From an uncultured Candidatus Saccharibacteria bacterium (lineage in GTDB: Bacteria > Patescibacteriota > Minisyncoccia > Phycocordibacterales > CAIRYW01): 64,000 nucleotides of DNA. Positions 38,569 through 48,292 of the stretch are shown here, piece after piece. Where the stretch lies: assembly GCA_964406475.1 (NCBI GenBank), contig CAYORS010000002.1:1598-65597 (forward strand), written 5' to 3'. The first letter of the stretch is position 1, and the number at the start of each line of letters is the position of its first letter. Under the pieces are notes generated by a model. That model saw nothing but the letters and a program-made list of their open reading frames with translations. It had not been told where the DNA came from and did no database searches. The position numbers and the translations under genes were made by a program.

Positions 38569-39387
38569 TTACTTTTCGAGTAGTGGATCATACATCATGA
38601 TTGCATTGTTTTCTGCTACAAGTTCTTCAATTGTAGAGTTATTAATAATATTGGTGATTTTTTTCCAAATTTTATTATGTCTTGTATAACCACCCCACCA
38701 TTGTTGTTTAAATATATGGTCTGTTTCATAAATTTCATATTTTGTTTCTGATTTTACGTCACTAGTTATTTCTCCGTTTAAGTATTCTTCATCAAGCCAT
38801 AAGCTGATTTGAAAACTGTTTGCTGTTTTGTTTTCCAATTGAAGGTCAATGTAGTTGTAGGATAAGGTTGCTCCACAAGCAAAAGGGATTGTTCTATTTA
38901 TATCTGGAAATACATCATAACCATGTCTCCAACGCTCTTTTATTGTCAGTGGTGTATGTAATGCCATCCAATAAAGTAAATTTCCCAATTGACAAAGTCC
39001 ACCCCCTGTCTCTTTAGAGACTCTACCGTTATGTAAAGTCATCCCCTCAAGATAGCCTTTTGATTTAGTGGGTTTGCCGACAAGTTTCCAAAATGAAAAT
39101 GTTTGTCCCGGTTTAATAATGACCCTATTGATACAACCAATGGCTATCTTGAGATTGGTTACTTTATTATATTGCAAGTACATGTCTACATCTTTTAAAG
39201 GTCGTAACAAAAAAGATTTATGCTTGGTTAATGAGTACTTGTATTTAATATTTTGATCAATCAAGGCGAAATTATTGTTATTAAATAACCAATGGATTTG
39301 TCGTTTTAGAATAAAAAAATTTTCACCTAGAAATTTTCTTAGGTTGCTTCTTTGTTTTGGTTTATTAATATCTCGTTTGTCCTTCAT
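38569..39387 (-). CDS. VanW-family protein
   Basis: Characteristic ETGGGLCQLGNLLYW motif. Confidence 0.7.
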   Translation of the reverse strand: MKDKRDINKPKQRSNLRKFLGENFFILKRQIHWLFNNNNFALIDQNIKYKYSLTKHKSFLLRPLKDVDMYLQYNKVTNLKIAIGCINRVIIKPGQTFSFWKLVGKPTKSKGYLEGMTLHNGRVSKETGGGLCQLGNLLYWMALHTPLTIKERWRHGYDVFPDINRTIPFACGATLSYNYIDLQLENKTANSFQISLWLDEEYLNGEITSDVKSETKYEIYETDHIFKQQWWGGYTRHNKIWKKITNIINNSTIEELVAENNAIMMYDPLLEK

Positions 39388-39567
39388 AAAATTATTTACA
39401 TTGACTAAAAGTGTTATGTTTATACTCGGTTTTACAAACTAATAATAAAATTTTGAATTTAGCAGGTGGTGTTAATATTATATATTTTCACTATAGTTTA
39501 TGCTACTATAGTGATGTCTAGTCAATATAATACTGTTGCAAAATAAGAAAATTAAATAAATATTTTT

Positions 39568-39903
39568 ATGAACATAAAACATTGGGTTGTTGGAGCGGTA
39601 TCTATCATGATTGCGTCATATCTTATTCCAGGAGTTGAGGTGAATCTCCTTGGTGCATTCATTCTTGCGCTTGTGCTCGGACTTATCAATATATTTATCA
39701 AGCCTTTTATCTTTGTACTTACACTTCCGATCAATATTGTAACTCTAGGACTCTTTTCGCTTTTTATCAATGCGGGACTCATCTTATTTGCTGACTGGCT
39801 TGTGCCTGATTTTTATGTCAGCTCATTTTGGTCTGCGCTTTTGTTTTCTATTGTTCTATCGCTTATCACTATGCTCTTTGGACGCGGTACAAAAGCACAA
39901 TAA
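39568..39903 (+). CDS. Four-TM small membrane protein (phage-holin-IV/DUF360-like fold)
   Basis: 111 aa, with four hydrophobic helices. Confidence 0.45.
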   Translation: MNIKHWVVGAVSIMIASYLIPGVEVNLLGAFILALVLGLINIFIKPFIFVLTLPINIVTLGLFSLFINAGLILFADWLVPDFYVSSFWSALLFSIVLSLITMLFGRGTKAQ

Positions 39904-39909
39904 CAAGCA

Positions 39910-41022
39910 ATGCTCGAGCGCATATTTAATATCATAAATAGTGGGCGCATCAAGACTTGGTATGAGCGATATGAGAACCATATCTCTTCTCTTGCGCTTG
40001 TGTTTGGATTTATCTTGGACAACCTTTCGCTTGGGCGAGTGGATGCGCTTGCAGACAAGCTTGTACTCACAATGTATCTCGTTTTGGCGGGACTTTGTAT
40101 TCTCTTGCTTACTGCATGTGAGGAGGGTCTTATAAAGGAGAGTGTCCCTGGGAGACTTCACTTCTGGTTTATGTTTGCGATGCAGTTTGCACTCGGAGGA
40201 CTCTTCAGTGCGTTTGTTGTCTTCTATACACGTAGTGCTACTTTCGAGTCGAGCTGGCCGTTTCTCACTCTTTTGTTCTTGTATTTTCTCGGTAACGAAA
40301 TATGGAAAAGGTATTACAGCAGACTCAATGTGAGGCTCAGTGTTTTCTTTTTTGCGCTACTTTCCTATGCAACAATAGTTATTCCTACTATTTTTAACTC
40401 TATTGAGAGATGGGTCTTTGTGGTGAGTACTTTGATTGCAACTATTGTCTATATTGTATTTGTCCTTATTATCCGTATTGTTTCAGAGAAGAGGTATGAA
40501 CTCTTGAAATGGCGAGTGAGAATGAGTGCTCTCGTGGTGCTTGGGCTTTTGAATTTATTTTATTTCCTTAACATCATCCCACCTTTGCCACTCCTCCTAA
40601 AGGATATTGGAGTTTACCATGACCTCAAAAAAAAGGGTGACGGAGGATATTTTGTCGAAGTGGAGGAGTCGAGTGCCTGGTATGATTATTTCAGGTCAAA
40701 AAAGATCTTTCATCGTTTCGCTGGAGAGCCTATATATGTCTTGACTGCTGTGTATTCACCAGTCGATCTCAATACTACGGTGATTCACAATTGGCAGAAG
40801 TATAATGAGGAGACATCGTCTTGGATTGATCAGAGTAATGTTGTGGTCCCGATAAAAGGTGGGAGACAGGATGGGTATAGATTGTACTCGCTTAAACAAA
40901 GTGCGGTGCCAGGACTCTGGCGGGTCAATGTCGTCACCGAAGATAACAGACTCATAGGACGGATTAAGTTTGAGCTTGTAAATGTAGAAGAGAAAGCAAA
41001 AACATCCCCGCTCATAAAGTAG
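39910..41022 (+). CDS. Polytopic membrane protein with a C-terminal soluble domain, unknown function
   Basis: ~6 TM helices followed by a ~150-aa beta-rich domain. Confidence 0.4.
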   Translation: MLERIFNIINSGRIKTWYERYENHISSLALVFGFILDNLSLGRVDALADKLVLTMYLVLAGLCILLLTACEEGLIKESVPGRLHFWFMFAMQFALGGLFSAFVVFYTRSATFESSWPFLTLLFLYFLGNEIWKRYYSRLNVRLSVFFFALLSYATIVIPTIFNSIERWVFVVSTLIATIVYIVFVLIIRIVSEKRYELLKWRVRMSALVVLGLLNLFYFLNIIPPLPLLLKDIGVYHDLKKKGDGGYFVEVEESSAWYDYFRSKKIFHRFAGEPIYVLTAVYSPVDLNTTVIHNWQKYNEETSSWIDQSNVVVPIKGGRQDGYRLYSLKQSAVPGLWRVNVVTEDNRLIGRIKFELVNVEEKAKTSPLIK

Positions 41023-41044
41023 CGAGGATGTTTTTTCATGATTA

Positions 41045-41545
41045 TTATTGAATGTTAAATATTGAATAAAGTATTTTTGTGACGAAGTCTGCATTAGGTC
41101 CGTACACAAGTATTCCTCCGAGACCTCCTGTAATAGAGAGTGTGGTAAGCGCTATAATTGCAACACTTATCGATACAATTGGAGAAAGTATGATTGTGGT
41201 CACAACTCTTACAGCTTCTATGTATTTGAAGTTTCTTTTCTCGAGATATGGCTCAATGAGCTTTAGGATATATCCCAGAGAGAGAAATGAATAAAGCATT
41301 ATGCTCATCTGTGCAAACATCTCGTGGAAGCGGAGAATGCTACTTCGGCTTTTGAGGAGGTGTGATGCGATATCACCAGTCTGTAGAGCGAAGTATCCGC
41401 CCACTGTTCCTGTGATGAGTAGAAGCGCCTTCGAGTAGAATAAGTTGTATTTTAGAACGATATTTTTTGACTTTATGAGCTCGACAACACTGTACAGGGT
41501 GAGAAGTGCGATCGGGAAGTGTACAACAATTGGGTGTATGTTCAT
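41045..41545 (-). CDS. Integral membrane protein, unknown function
   Basis: 166 aa, 4-5 TM helices. Confidence 0.4.
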   Translation of the reverse strand: MNIHPIVVHFPIALLTLYSVVELIKSKNIVLKYNLFYSKALLLITGTVGGYFALQTGDIASHLLKSRSSILRFHEMFAQMSIMLYSFLSLGYILKLIEPYLEKRNFKYIEAVRVVTTIILSPIVSISVAIIALTTLSITGGLGGILVYGPNADFVTKILYSIFNIQ

Positions 41546-41602
41546 TATGTGTAATATTGCTGATAATGTTATAATTATAGCATAACACTAATTTCAAAAC
41601 GT

Positions 41603-42013
41603 ATGAGTATCAAACTATATGCAGTTGCGTTTGTTTTACTTATTCTACTCGATCTTGTTTGGATTGGGGGATTTATGACTCAGTTTTACAAAGACAATCT
41701 CAAAGATTTTTTGAGATTTAGTCCAGAAGGTAATCTTATGCCACGACTTATTCCAACAGCGCTTGTCTACATTGCGGGTGCAGTGATGCTTGTGGTATTT
41801 GTACTTCCGCAAGTGAGGAATCTTGTGCAGGCTGGGGAGAGTATCTCTGTCGCGTCACTGTATGGTGCACTCCTAGGACTTCTTGTATATATGTTTTATG
41901 ACTTCACTAACTTTGCACTTTTCGACAAATGGAATCTTGTGGTGACACTTGTTGATGTTGCATGGGGGACTGTCTTGTTCTACATTACTACACTCGTATT
42001 AATACTTATCTAA
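41603..42013 (+). CDS. Small membrane protein (DUF-type, 4 TM)
   Basis: 136 aa hydrophobic protein. Confidence 0.4.
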   Translation: MSIKLYAVAFVLLILLDLVWIGGFMTQFYKDNLKDFLRFSPEGNLMPRLIPTALVYIAGAVMLVVFVLPQVRNLVQAGESISVASLYGALLGLLVYMFYDFTNFALFDKWNLVVTLVDVAWGTVLFYITTLVLILI

Positions 42014-42023
42014 AATACATGCT

Positions 42024-43283
42024 ATGAAAAACGATCCATTCGCAAGTTCAGTTGTACAAATCAAAAAAGCAGGGTCTCTCTTGGGACTCAGTCCTTCTAC
42101 ACTTGAGAGAATACTCGAACCACAGAGAGTGGTCAGGGTGAATTTCCCAGTCACTATGGATACAGGTGAGATAAAGACATTTGTCGGTTTCAGATCTCAA
42201 CACAACAATGCTCGTGGTCCATACAAGGGTGGTTTACGTTTTAGTCCCGAGGTTACAGAATCAGAGGTAAAAGCTCTATCAAGCTGGATGACCTGGAAAT
42301 GTGCTGTTGCTGACATTCCTTTTGGAGGAGGTAAGGGTGGTGTTATTGTTGATACAAAGACACTTTCCAAAACAGAACTTGAGAATCTGTCACGAAGCTT
42401 TATACGAGCTATTGCAGATGTAATCGGTCCACACAAAGATGTGCCAGCACCAGATATGTACACTACTCCCGAGATTATGGATTGGATGGTAGATGAATAT
42501 TCAAATATTACTGGTTCAAGAGAGCCTGCTACCTTCACAGGCAAGACTCTTTCTTCTGGCGGTAGTTTGGGGCGTACTGAAGCTACAGGTTATGGTGGAG
42601 TTTTTGTTTTGCAAAAGCTCATCAGTGCTCGTTCGATCTCGATCGATGGTCTCACGCTTGCAATACAGGGGTTGGGTAATGTTGGTGAATATTTTGCCAA
42701 GAAGGCATTTGAAAGCGGTTTCAAGATTGTTGCGCTGTCTGATTCGAAGTCAGCTATTTACAACAGTGATGGGCTTGATCCGCAAGTTGTGCTCGAGTAC
42801 AAAAAGGCGAGTGGCAGTCTCAAAGGATATCCTAATGCTAAAGAGATTTCTAACGCAGAGTTGCTTGTGCTCGATGTAGATGTGCTCGTACCCGCAGCTC
42901 TTGAAAACGTCATTACCACGGATAATGCTTATGATATTAAGGCGAAGTTTATTATCGAAATGGCAAATGGGCCTCTCACACCAGAAGCGGATGAGATATT
43001 ACATAACAAGGGGGTTATTTTTGTCCCTGATATACTTTCAAATAGCGGTGGGGTAACGGTGTCGTACTTTGAATGGTATCAAAACATACATAACGAGAAA
43101 TGGACAAAGGAGGATGTTCTCGACAAACTCAAAACCACTATCGAGAAGGCTTTTGATGATTGTTATAGTATGATGAATGGTGATGACTGCTTTGCTCTGC
43201 GAGGAGAGCGGAATATTGATATGCGAACTGCGTGTTATATGATCGCAATCAAAAAGGTCTTGGACAGTATGACAAAAAAATAG
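42024..43283 (+). CDS. gdhA: Glutamate dehydrogenase (Glu/Leu/Phe/Val dehydrogenase family)
   Basis: Catalytic-Lys motif KGGLRFSPEV…IPFGGGKGGV. Rossmann fold GLGNVG. Confidence 0.85.
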   Translation: MKNDPFASSVVQIKKAGSLLGLSPSTLERILEPQRVVRVNFPVTMDTGEIKTFVGFRSQHNNARGPYKGGLRFSPEVTESEVKALSSWMTWKCAVADIPFGGGKGGVIVDTKTLSKTELENLSRSFIRAIADVIGPHKDVPAPDMYTTPEIMDWMVDEYSNITGSREPATFTGKTLSSGGSLGRTEATGYGGVFVLQKLISARSISIDGLTLAIQGLGNVGEYFAKKAFESGFKIVALSDSKSAIYNSDGLDPQVVLEYKKASGSLKGYPNAKEISNAELLVLDVDVLVPAALENVITTDNAYDIKAKFIIEMANGPLTPEADEILHNKGVIFVPDILSNSGGVTVSYFEWYQNIHNEKWTKEDVLDKLKTTIEKAFDDCYSMMNGDDCFALRGERNIDMRTACYMIAIKKVLDSMTKK

Positions 43284-43476
43284 AGCCAGGCAAACGCGTG
43301 GCTCTACTTGTTGCTATTATTCAAACTTGGTGGTGTTGTCTGACCGAATATCACGAAGCATATTGTCGTGAATATAATTGAGGTCATTATGCCCACCCAT
43401 TTGCTGAGAGTTGAAAGAGCATGAGAACTTTTCATTACTAACAGTATATTCCTCTCTATATCAATAATCAATACAT

Positions 43477-44235
43477 ATGAACATATTTAGAACAAAATTT
43501 AAAGGAGAGATTGTGGCAGAGTTTGTTATGCCCAAGAAACCAAGCAACAAGGTCCTTATTCTCTGTGGCGGTATGCCCGGCTATCCTGAGAAATCTCGAT
43601 ATGAAAGTCTCTTTGACATATATACAAAAAAGGGTTTCTGGATTTTTGTTCCGCGATATCGTGGGAGCTGGGAAAGTGGAGGTCTTATGTTCAAGAAATC
43701 CCCCCATAAAGATATACAAGATGTTATAGACGAACTTGAGACGGGTTTTGTGGAATTATGGGCGGGTCAAAAATACGTAATAAAAAATCCAGAAATTGTA
43801 TTGGTCGGTGGAAGTTTTGGCGGACCAGCGGTACTGCTTAACTCAAAGGATTCTCGAGTCAAAAAAGTGATCGCATTTAGCCCTGTCCTCGATTGGCGTG
43901 AAGAGAAAAATACAATCGAACCAATCCCGAAACTCGCGCAATTCGTGAGTGATGCATTTGCTTGTGGCTATCGTATTGCAAGAAACGGCTGGCAAAAAAT
44001 AGAAGAGGGTAAACTTTATAATCCAGCGACAGAACAGGAAAAAATCGATGGATCAAAATGTTTAATCATTCATGCAAAAGACGACGAAGTTGTATCCGCA
44101 AAACCACTAGAATCATTTGTCAAAGCTGTCGGCCCAAAGCTCATTTTGGTTGCCAAGGGCGGACATATGGGTAGTCGATATCTTGTAGAAAAACGCTTTT
44201 CTAAAAAGTGCTCTGACTTCTTAAAATCAAAATAG
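43477..44235 (+). CDS. Alpha/beta-hydrolase (S9/dienelactone-hydrolase-like)
   Basis: Nucleophile elbow GGSFGG. C-terminal D and H (HMGS). Confidence 0.6.
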   Translation: MNIFRTKFKGEIVAEFVMPKKPSNKVLILCGGMPGYPEKSRYESLFDIYTKKGFWIFVPRYRGSWESGGLMFKKSPHKDIQDVIDELETGFVELWAGQKYVIKNPEIVLVGGSFGGPAVLLNSKDSRVKKVIAFSPVLDWREEKNTIEPIPKLAQFVSDAFACGYRIARNGWQKIEEGKLYNPATEQEKIDGSKCLIIHAKDDEVVSAKPLESFVKAVGPKLILVAKGGHMGSRYLVEKRFSKKCSDFLKSK

Positions 44236-44253
44236 TTTTTACTTTGAGATATA

Positions 44254-45603
44254 TTATATAGTGATAGCCTTTTCTCTCCCTTTGATACTTATCTGTGCAA
44301 TATAGAGTGTTACAAGTGCTGATATCCAGTTGATAACTAGTAGTGACCACCAGATCGCAGATAGTCCTAGGTTAAAAGTGTGTACTACAATAGGAAGAAT
44401 AAGAAGTGGGAGTACAATCTGTCGTATGATACCTGTGATGAGTGCGCGGTTTGGATATTTGATACCTTGGAGGGCAGAACCGCCAACGAACGACACAACA
44501 TATGCCATGAATATACCGAGAGCAATATAGAGATACTGCATGCCGATATCAGTGATACCTTTGCTTGTTGTAAACTGAGCAAACAATATCCGTCCAAACA
44601 ATACTGTCACAAAGATAGAAAACCCAAGCGCATAAAGTCCGTCAGTAATACAGATCTTCATAGTCTCTTTGATTCTGTCATATCGATGAGCTCCGTTGTT
44701 TTGTCCGATGATTGAAAGTGCAGCAATGTTGAGTCCGATAGTGGGGATGAGAGCGATTTGTTCTATTCGTATAGCGACACCGTATCCAGCGATTGCATCG
44801 GCTCCGAATGATGCAATGAAATAATTGATAATAAAGCTACCAACAGCAATATTAATCATATTGAGACTAGAGGGTACAGCCTGTAAGAAGATTTGTTTTA
44901 TGATAGGCAGTCTCAAACTGAAGTTTCTTATATTACCGCTCAAAATTTGATGCTTTTTGAGGTAGATAATAAGGAAAACGCATTCAATAATCTGTACGAG
45001 TACTGTTGCGAATGCTACACCTTGGATCCCCATTTGTGGAACACCAAACCCACCATACATAAACCATGGGTCAAATACGACATTGAGGAAAAAAGCAACA
45101 ATGAGTAAGTTTCGAAATACTTTGGTATTACCTTGTGCATTGAGATAGGTGTTAAGTATACTCACAAGGATAAAGAATGTTGTACCAAGGAAGATGATGT
45201 TTAGATAATCCGTTGCATAAGTGATCACATCGCCAGAGAGACCCATGACTTCTAGTATTGGTCTCCCAAATGCAAGTCCAAGGATTGTGAGGGTGAGTCC
45301 ACCTATAATACCCATAAATATACCCTGAATATAATACGCTTTAGCTGTCTCTGGATCTTTTTTACCAAGGAAGTTTGCAATGAGTACGGTAGTTGCTGTT
45401 GATATACCAGTTGATGCGGCAAGGATAATGAAGAAAGCGGGGAATGAAGCTGTGAGTCCTGCAAGCGCCGCATCGCCTAGTTTACCGCCGAAATATGTAT
45501 CGACGATATTAAACATAGTGTTAAAGAAAAAGCCTATTGAAGCAGGGATCGCTATATTACGAACATGTGTTCCTATATTTCCTTCTGTAAGATTGGTTTT
45601 CAT
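44254..45603 (-). CDS. MATE-family multidrug/oligosaccharide efflux transporter
   Basis: 449 aa, 12 TM. Typical MATE N-terminus (…FNIVDTYFGGKLGDAALAG…). Confidence 0.8.
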   Translation of the reverse strand: MKTNLTEGNIGTHVRNIAIPASIGFFFNTMFNIVDTYFGGKLGDAALAGLTASFPAFFIILAASTGISTATTVLIANFLGKKDPETAKAYYIQGIFMGIIGGLTLTILGLAFGRPILEVMGLSGDVITYATDYLNIIFLGTTFFILVSILNTYLNAQGNTKVFRNLLIVAFFLNVVFDPWFMYGGFGVPQMGIQGVAFATVLVQIIECVFLIIYLKKHQILSGNIRNFSLRLPIIKQIFLQAVPSSLNMINIAVGSFIINYFIASFGADAIAGYGVAIRIEQIALIPTIGLNIAALSIIGQNNGAHRYDRIKETMKICITDGLYALGFSIFVTVLFGRILFAQFTTSKGITDIGMQYLYIALGIFMAYVVSFVGGSALQGIKYPNRALITGIIRQIVLPLLILPIVVHTFNLGLSAIWWSLLVINWISALVTLYIAQISIKGREKAITI

Positions 45604-45704
45604 AGGGTATTTGTGTCTAAGGATTAAGAAGTAATATTATACTTTATTTTGTCTTAATTGTGTAGACTTTTAAGATGTTTCTTGTTAGTATATAGAACCA
45701 TAAA

Positions 45705-45777
45705 TGCGCCCATAGCTCAGTTGGTAGAGCAGCTCCCTCTTAAGGAGATGGTCGTAGGTTCGAATCCTACTGGGCGC
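45705..45777 (+). tRNA. tRNA-Lys (anticodon CUU)
   Basis: Folded by hand. Acceptor stem GCGCCCA/TGGGCGC. D-arm GCTC-AGTTGGTA-GAGC. Anticodon loop CTCTTAA. T-arm GTAGG-TTCGAAT-CCTAC. Close to E. coli tRNA-Lys. No encoded CCA. Confidence 0.9.
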
Positions 45778-45865
45778 ACAGACACGGTTTACGAAAAGAG
45801 TGCTTTGAAGCGCTCTTTTTGCGTCTATGTGAGGCGCAGTTATGTTTTTGTAGTATAATGAAACA

Positions 45866-46891
45866 ATGATTAGTCTAAACAAAATCCAAGAAAAAAAAGA
45901 CTGGATAGTTCCAGATGTGTCTTTCAAGATACCTCTTACTCAAGCATGGTTTTATGGTGACATTCAAAAAAAAACAGGAAGGAATGTGATTCGGTTTTTG
46001 ATCAAAAAAAATAACAATAACATAGGGTTTGTTCAGTTTATTGAATACTCTCTTTTTCAAAAAAAAGTGTATTGGTATGCTCCCTATGGTCCTCTTTTTT
46101 GGGATGTTGTATCCCAAGAAGAGCTTTATCTATTCAAAGAAAGTATTAAAAAAATCCTGTGTACAGACTGTGTTTTTGTACGACTTGATCCTTCTCCACT
46201 TTTGTCAGGTCCTCAAGAAAAAAAATGGAAAAAAGCGTTTGGTAATGTAGCACTGTCTTCTTATAAAGGCGCTTATTTCCAGCCACGTCTTGAATGGTAT
46301 ACAGACATTCAAGGATCAGACGAATCGATTCTGTCTCATATGCATCAAAAAACAAGATATTCTGTGCGTCTTGCAGAAAAAAGAGGGGTTGCTATATCTA
46401 TAATTAAAAAAGATTTTGACACAGCTCTCGCTGATTTTCTTGTTTTGATGAAAATCACTTCCGAAAGAAATAATTTTTCACTCCATAATGATGTTTATTA
46501 TGCAAACTTTTTTCAATCTCTTGAAGAAGATCAAAATGGATTTATTATTGAGGCTCGGTATAAGGGGCTTTTACTTGCGTCTCACTGTATTGTGATTGTG
46601 TCCGGTGTTGCTCATTATGTTTTTGGAGCCTCATCTAATATACATAGAGATGTTTGTGCACCTTATTTGTTGCATTTTAGAGCAATGCAAGAATCAAGAG
46701 CACAAGGTGCTTGTTTTTATAACTTCGGTGCTATAGCAGAAGAAGGTGGTGCCGAATGGCAAACCCTGTCTGTTTTCAAAAAGAAGTTTGGAGGCAAAAA
46801 GTTTCGTCACGATAGTTTTTTTGATGTAGTGGTACACCCTCTGTGGTATTATATCTATATACTAAGGAAATTTATTAAACACATATTATGA
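45866..46891 (+). CDS. FemAB/FemX-family aminoacyl-tRNA-dependent peptidyl (peptidoglycan branch) transferase
   Basis: 341 aa. HQKTRYSVRLAEKRGV (compare KTRYNIRKAEK.GV). C-terminal FGAIAEEGG…FKKKFGG. No coiled-coil insertion, so FemX-like. Confidence 0.7.
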   Translation: MISLNKIQEKKDWIVPDVSFKIPLTQAWFYGDIQKKTGRNVIRFLIKKNNNNIGFVQFIEYSLFQKKVYWYAPYGPLFWDVVSQEELYLFKESIKKILCTDCVFVRLDPSPLLSGPQEKKWKKAFGNVALSSYKGAYFQPRLEWYTDIQGSDESILSHMHQKTRYSVRLAEKRGVAISIIKKDFDTALADFLVLMKITSERNNFSLHNDVYYANFFQSLEEDQNGFIIEARYKGLLLASHCIVIVSGVAHYVFGASSNIHRDVCAPYLLHFRAMQESRAQGACFYNFGAIAEEGGAEWQTLSVFKKKFGGKKFRHDSFFDVVVHPLWYYIYILRKFIKHIL

Positions 46892-48231
46892 TGCATACTC
46901 TAAAAAATTTTCTCAAAAAAATAATTCCAAAAAAAATTTTTGACATATATCATTTTTCTCTTGCGTGGATTGCTTCTTTTGTTTTTAGATTTCCTTCAAA
47001 AAAAATGATTATTATAGGTGTGACAGGGACAAAAGGTAAGACAAGTACTATTAATTATCTTTGGTCTGTGTTGGAGTATGGAGGAATAAAAACAGGTGTG
47101 ATTACAACAGCAAATGTACGTATTGGAGAAACAGAAATATTGAATCCTTTTCATATGACAATGCCAGGAAGGTTTGTAATACAAAAATTCCTTCATCGTA
47201 TGGTGAGTGAAGGTTGTCGTTGTGCTATTGTGGAGACAACATCTCAAGGGATTGCACAGTTTCGTCATATTGGTATTGATTATGATGTTGCTATTTTCAC
47301 GAACCTTACACCAGAACATATTGATGCACACAAGACATTTGAGAATTACAAAATGATGAAAGGTAAACTTTTTGAAACTCTATCTCACAGTGCTACAAAA
47401 TATTTTGATAATAAACCTTTTCCCAAAACAATCATTGCAAACGCTGATAGCGAATATGCACCTTTCTTTCTTTCTTTTGATGCGCCACGCAAAGAGGCTT
47501 TCAGTATGAATCTCTCGGGTGCATACAAAGCAGATAATGTCTTGTTTCAGAAGGATGGGGTCTCATTTGAAGTTGGTAAAGAAAAATACTCACTTCAAAT
47601 TCCTGGTGTGTTTAATGTATATAATGCACTCCCTGCAATCATTATTGGACACATCTTTGGTATAAGTAAAGAAAAAATCAAAAGAGGTTTACATCATCTT
47701 TCTGTTATACCTGGAAGAATGGAAGAAATTAGTCTCGGTCAAGATTTTCGTCTTTTTGTTGATTATGCTCATGAGAAATACAGTATGACTTTTGTCACAG
47801 AAACAGCCAATCTTTTAAAGCAAAAAGGTGCCAAATCAATTATTTTGTTAGGAGCAGAAGGTGGAGGTCGTGATAAATCAAAAAGAGCCGTTATGGGTGA
47901 GATTGTAGGTAAAAATGCAGATATTGTCGTTGTATCAAATGTTGATCCGTATGACGATGATCCACAAGAAATTTTAGAAGATATTGCTCGTGCAGCTGTT
48001 GCTGCGGGCAAATCGAGAAATAAAAATCTTTTTGTTATTGAAGATAGAAGAGAGGGGATTCGCAAATGTCTCGAAGAAGCTAAAACCGGAGATGTGGTTA
48101 TTATTGCATGCAAGGGTGCAGAGCAATCAATGATAATCGGAGGAGATTCGATTCCTTGGGATGATCGTACTGTTGTGAAAGAAGAATTGGAGTCATTACT
48201 TAAACTTGAGGTATGTGATGGACTTTGTTAA
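46888..48231 (+). CDS. Mur ligase family protein (MurE-like) with a shortened hydrophobic N-terminus
   Basis: P-loop IIGVTGTKGKTST at aa ~43. Central and C-terminal Mur ligase domains (DYAHEK…). 4-bp overlap with the femX-like gene. Confidence 0.7.
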   Translation: MMHTLKNFLKKIIPKKIFDIYHFSLAWIASFVFRFPSKKMIIIGVTGTKGKTSTINYLWSVLEYGGIKTGVITTANVRIGETEILNPFHMTMPGRFVIQKFLHRMVSEGCRCAIVETTSQGIAQFRHIGIDYDVAIFTNLTPEHIDAHKTFENYKMMKGKLFETLSHSATKYFDNKPFPKTIIANADSEYAPFFLSFDAPRKEAFSMNLSGAYKADNVLFQKDGVSFEVGKEKYSLQIPGVFNVYNALPAIIIGHIFGISKEKIKRGLHHLSVIPGRMEEISLGQDFRLFVDYAHEKYSMTFVTETANLLKQKGAKSIILLGAEGGGRDKSKRAVMGEIVGKNADIVVVSNVDPYDDDPQEILEDIARAAVAAGKSRNKNLFVIEDRREGIRKCLEEAKTGDVVIIACKGAEQSMIIGGDSIPWDDRTVVKEELESLLKLEVCDGLC

Positions 48232-48292
48232 TCTAATAAAGATATGTTTATTTATACTTTTTTGTATTATTGGTGGGTAATCAATAACATTT

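Noticed and set aside
39568-39903. Prophage or lysis cassette suggested by a holin-like four-TM protein
   Set aside because: No endolysin, terminase, capsid or integrase genes are nearby. The neighbours are VanW and generic membrane proteins, so it is more likely a housekeeping small membrane protein.
43468-43729. Overlapping minus and plus ORFs at the 5' end of the alpha/beta-hydrolase gene
   Set aside because: They overlap a gene with a clear nucleophile-elbow motif and have no independent support.
45658-45858. 66-aa ORF spanning the tRNA-Lys gene
   Set aside because: Its translation (…AQLVEQLPLKEMVVGSNPTGRTD) is simply the tRNA sequence read as protein. The tRNA fold is unambiguous.
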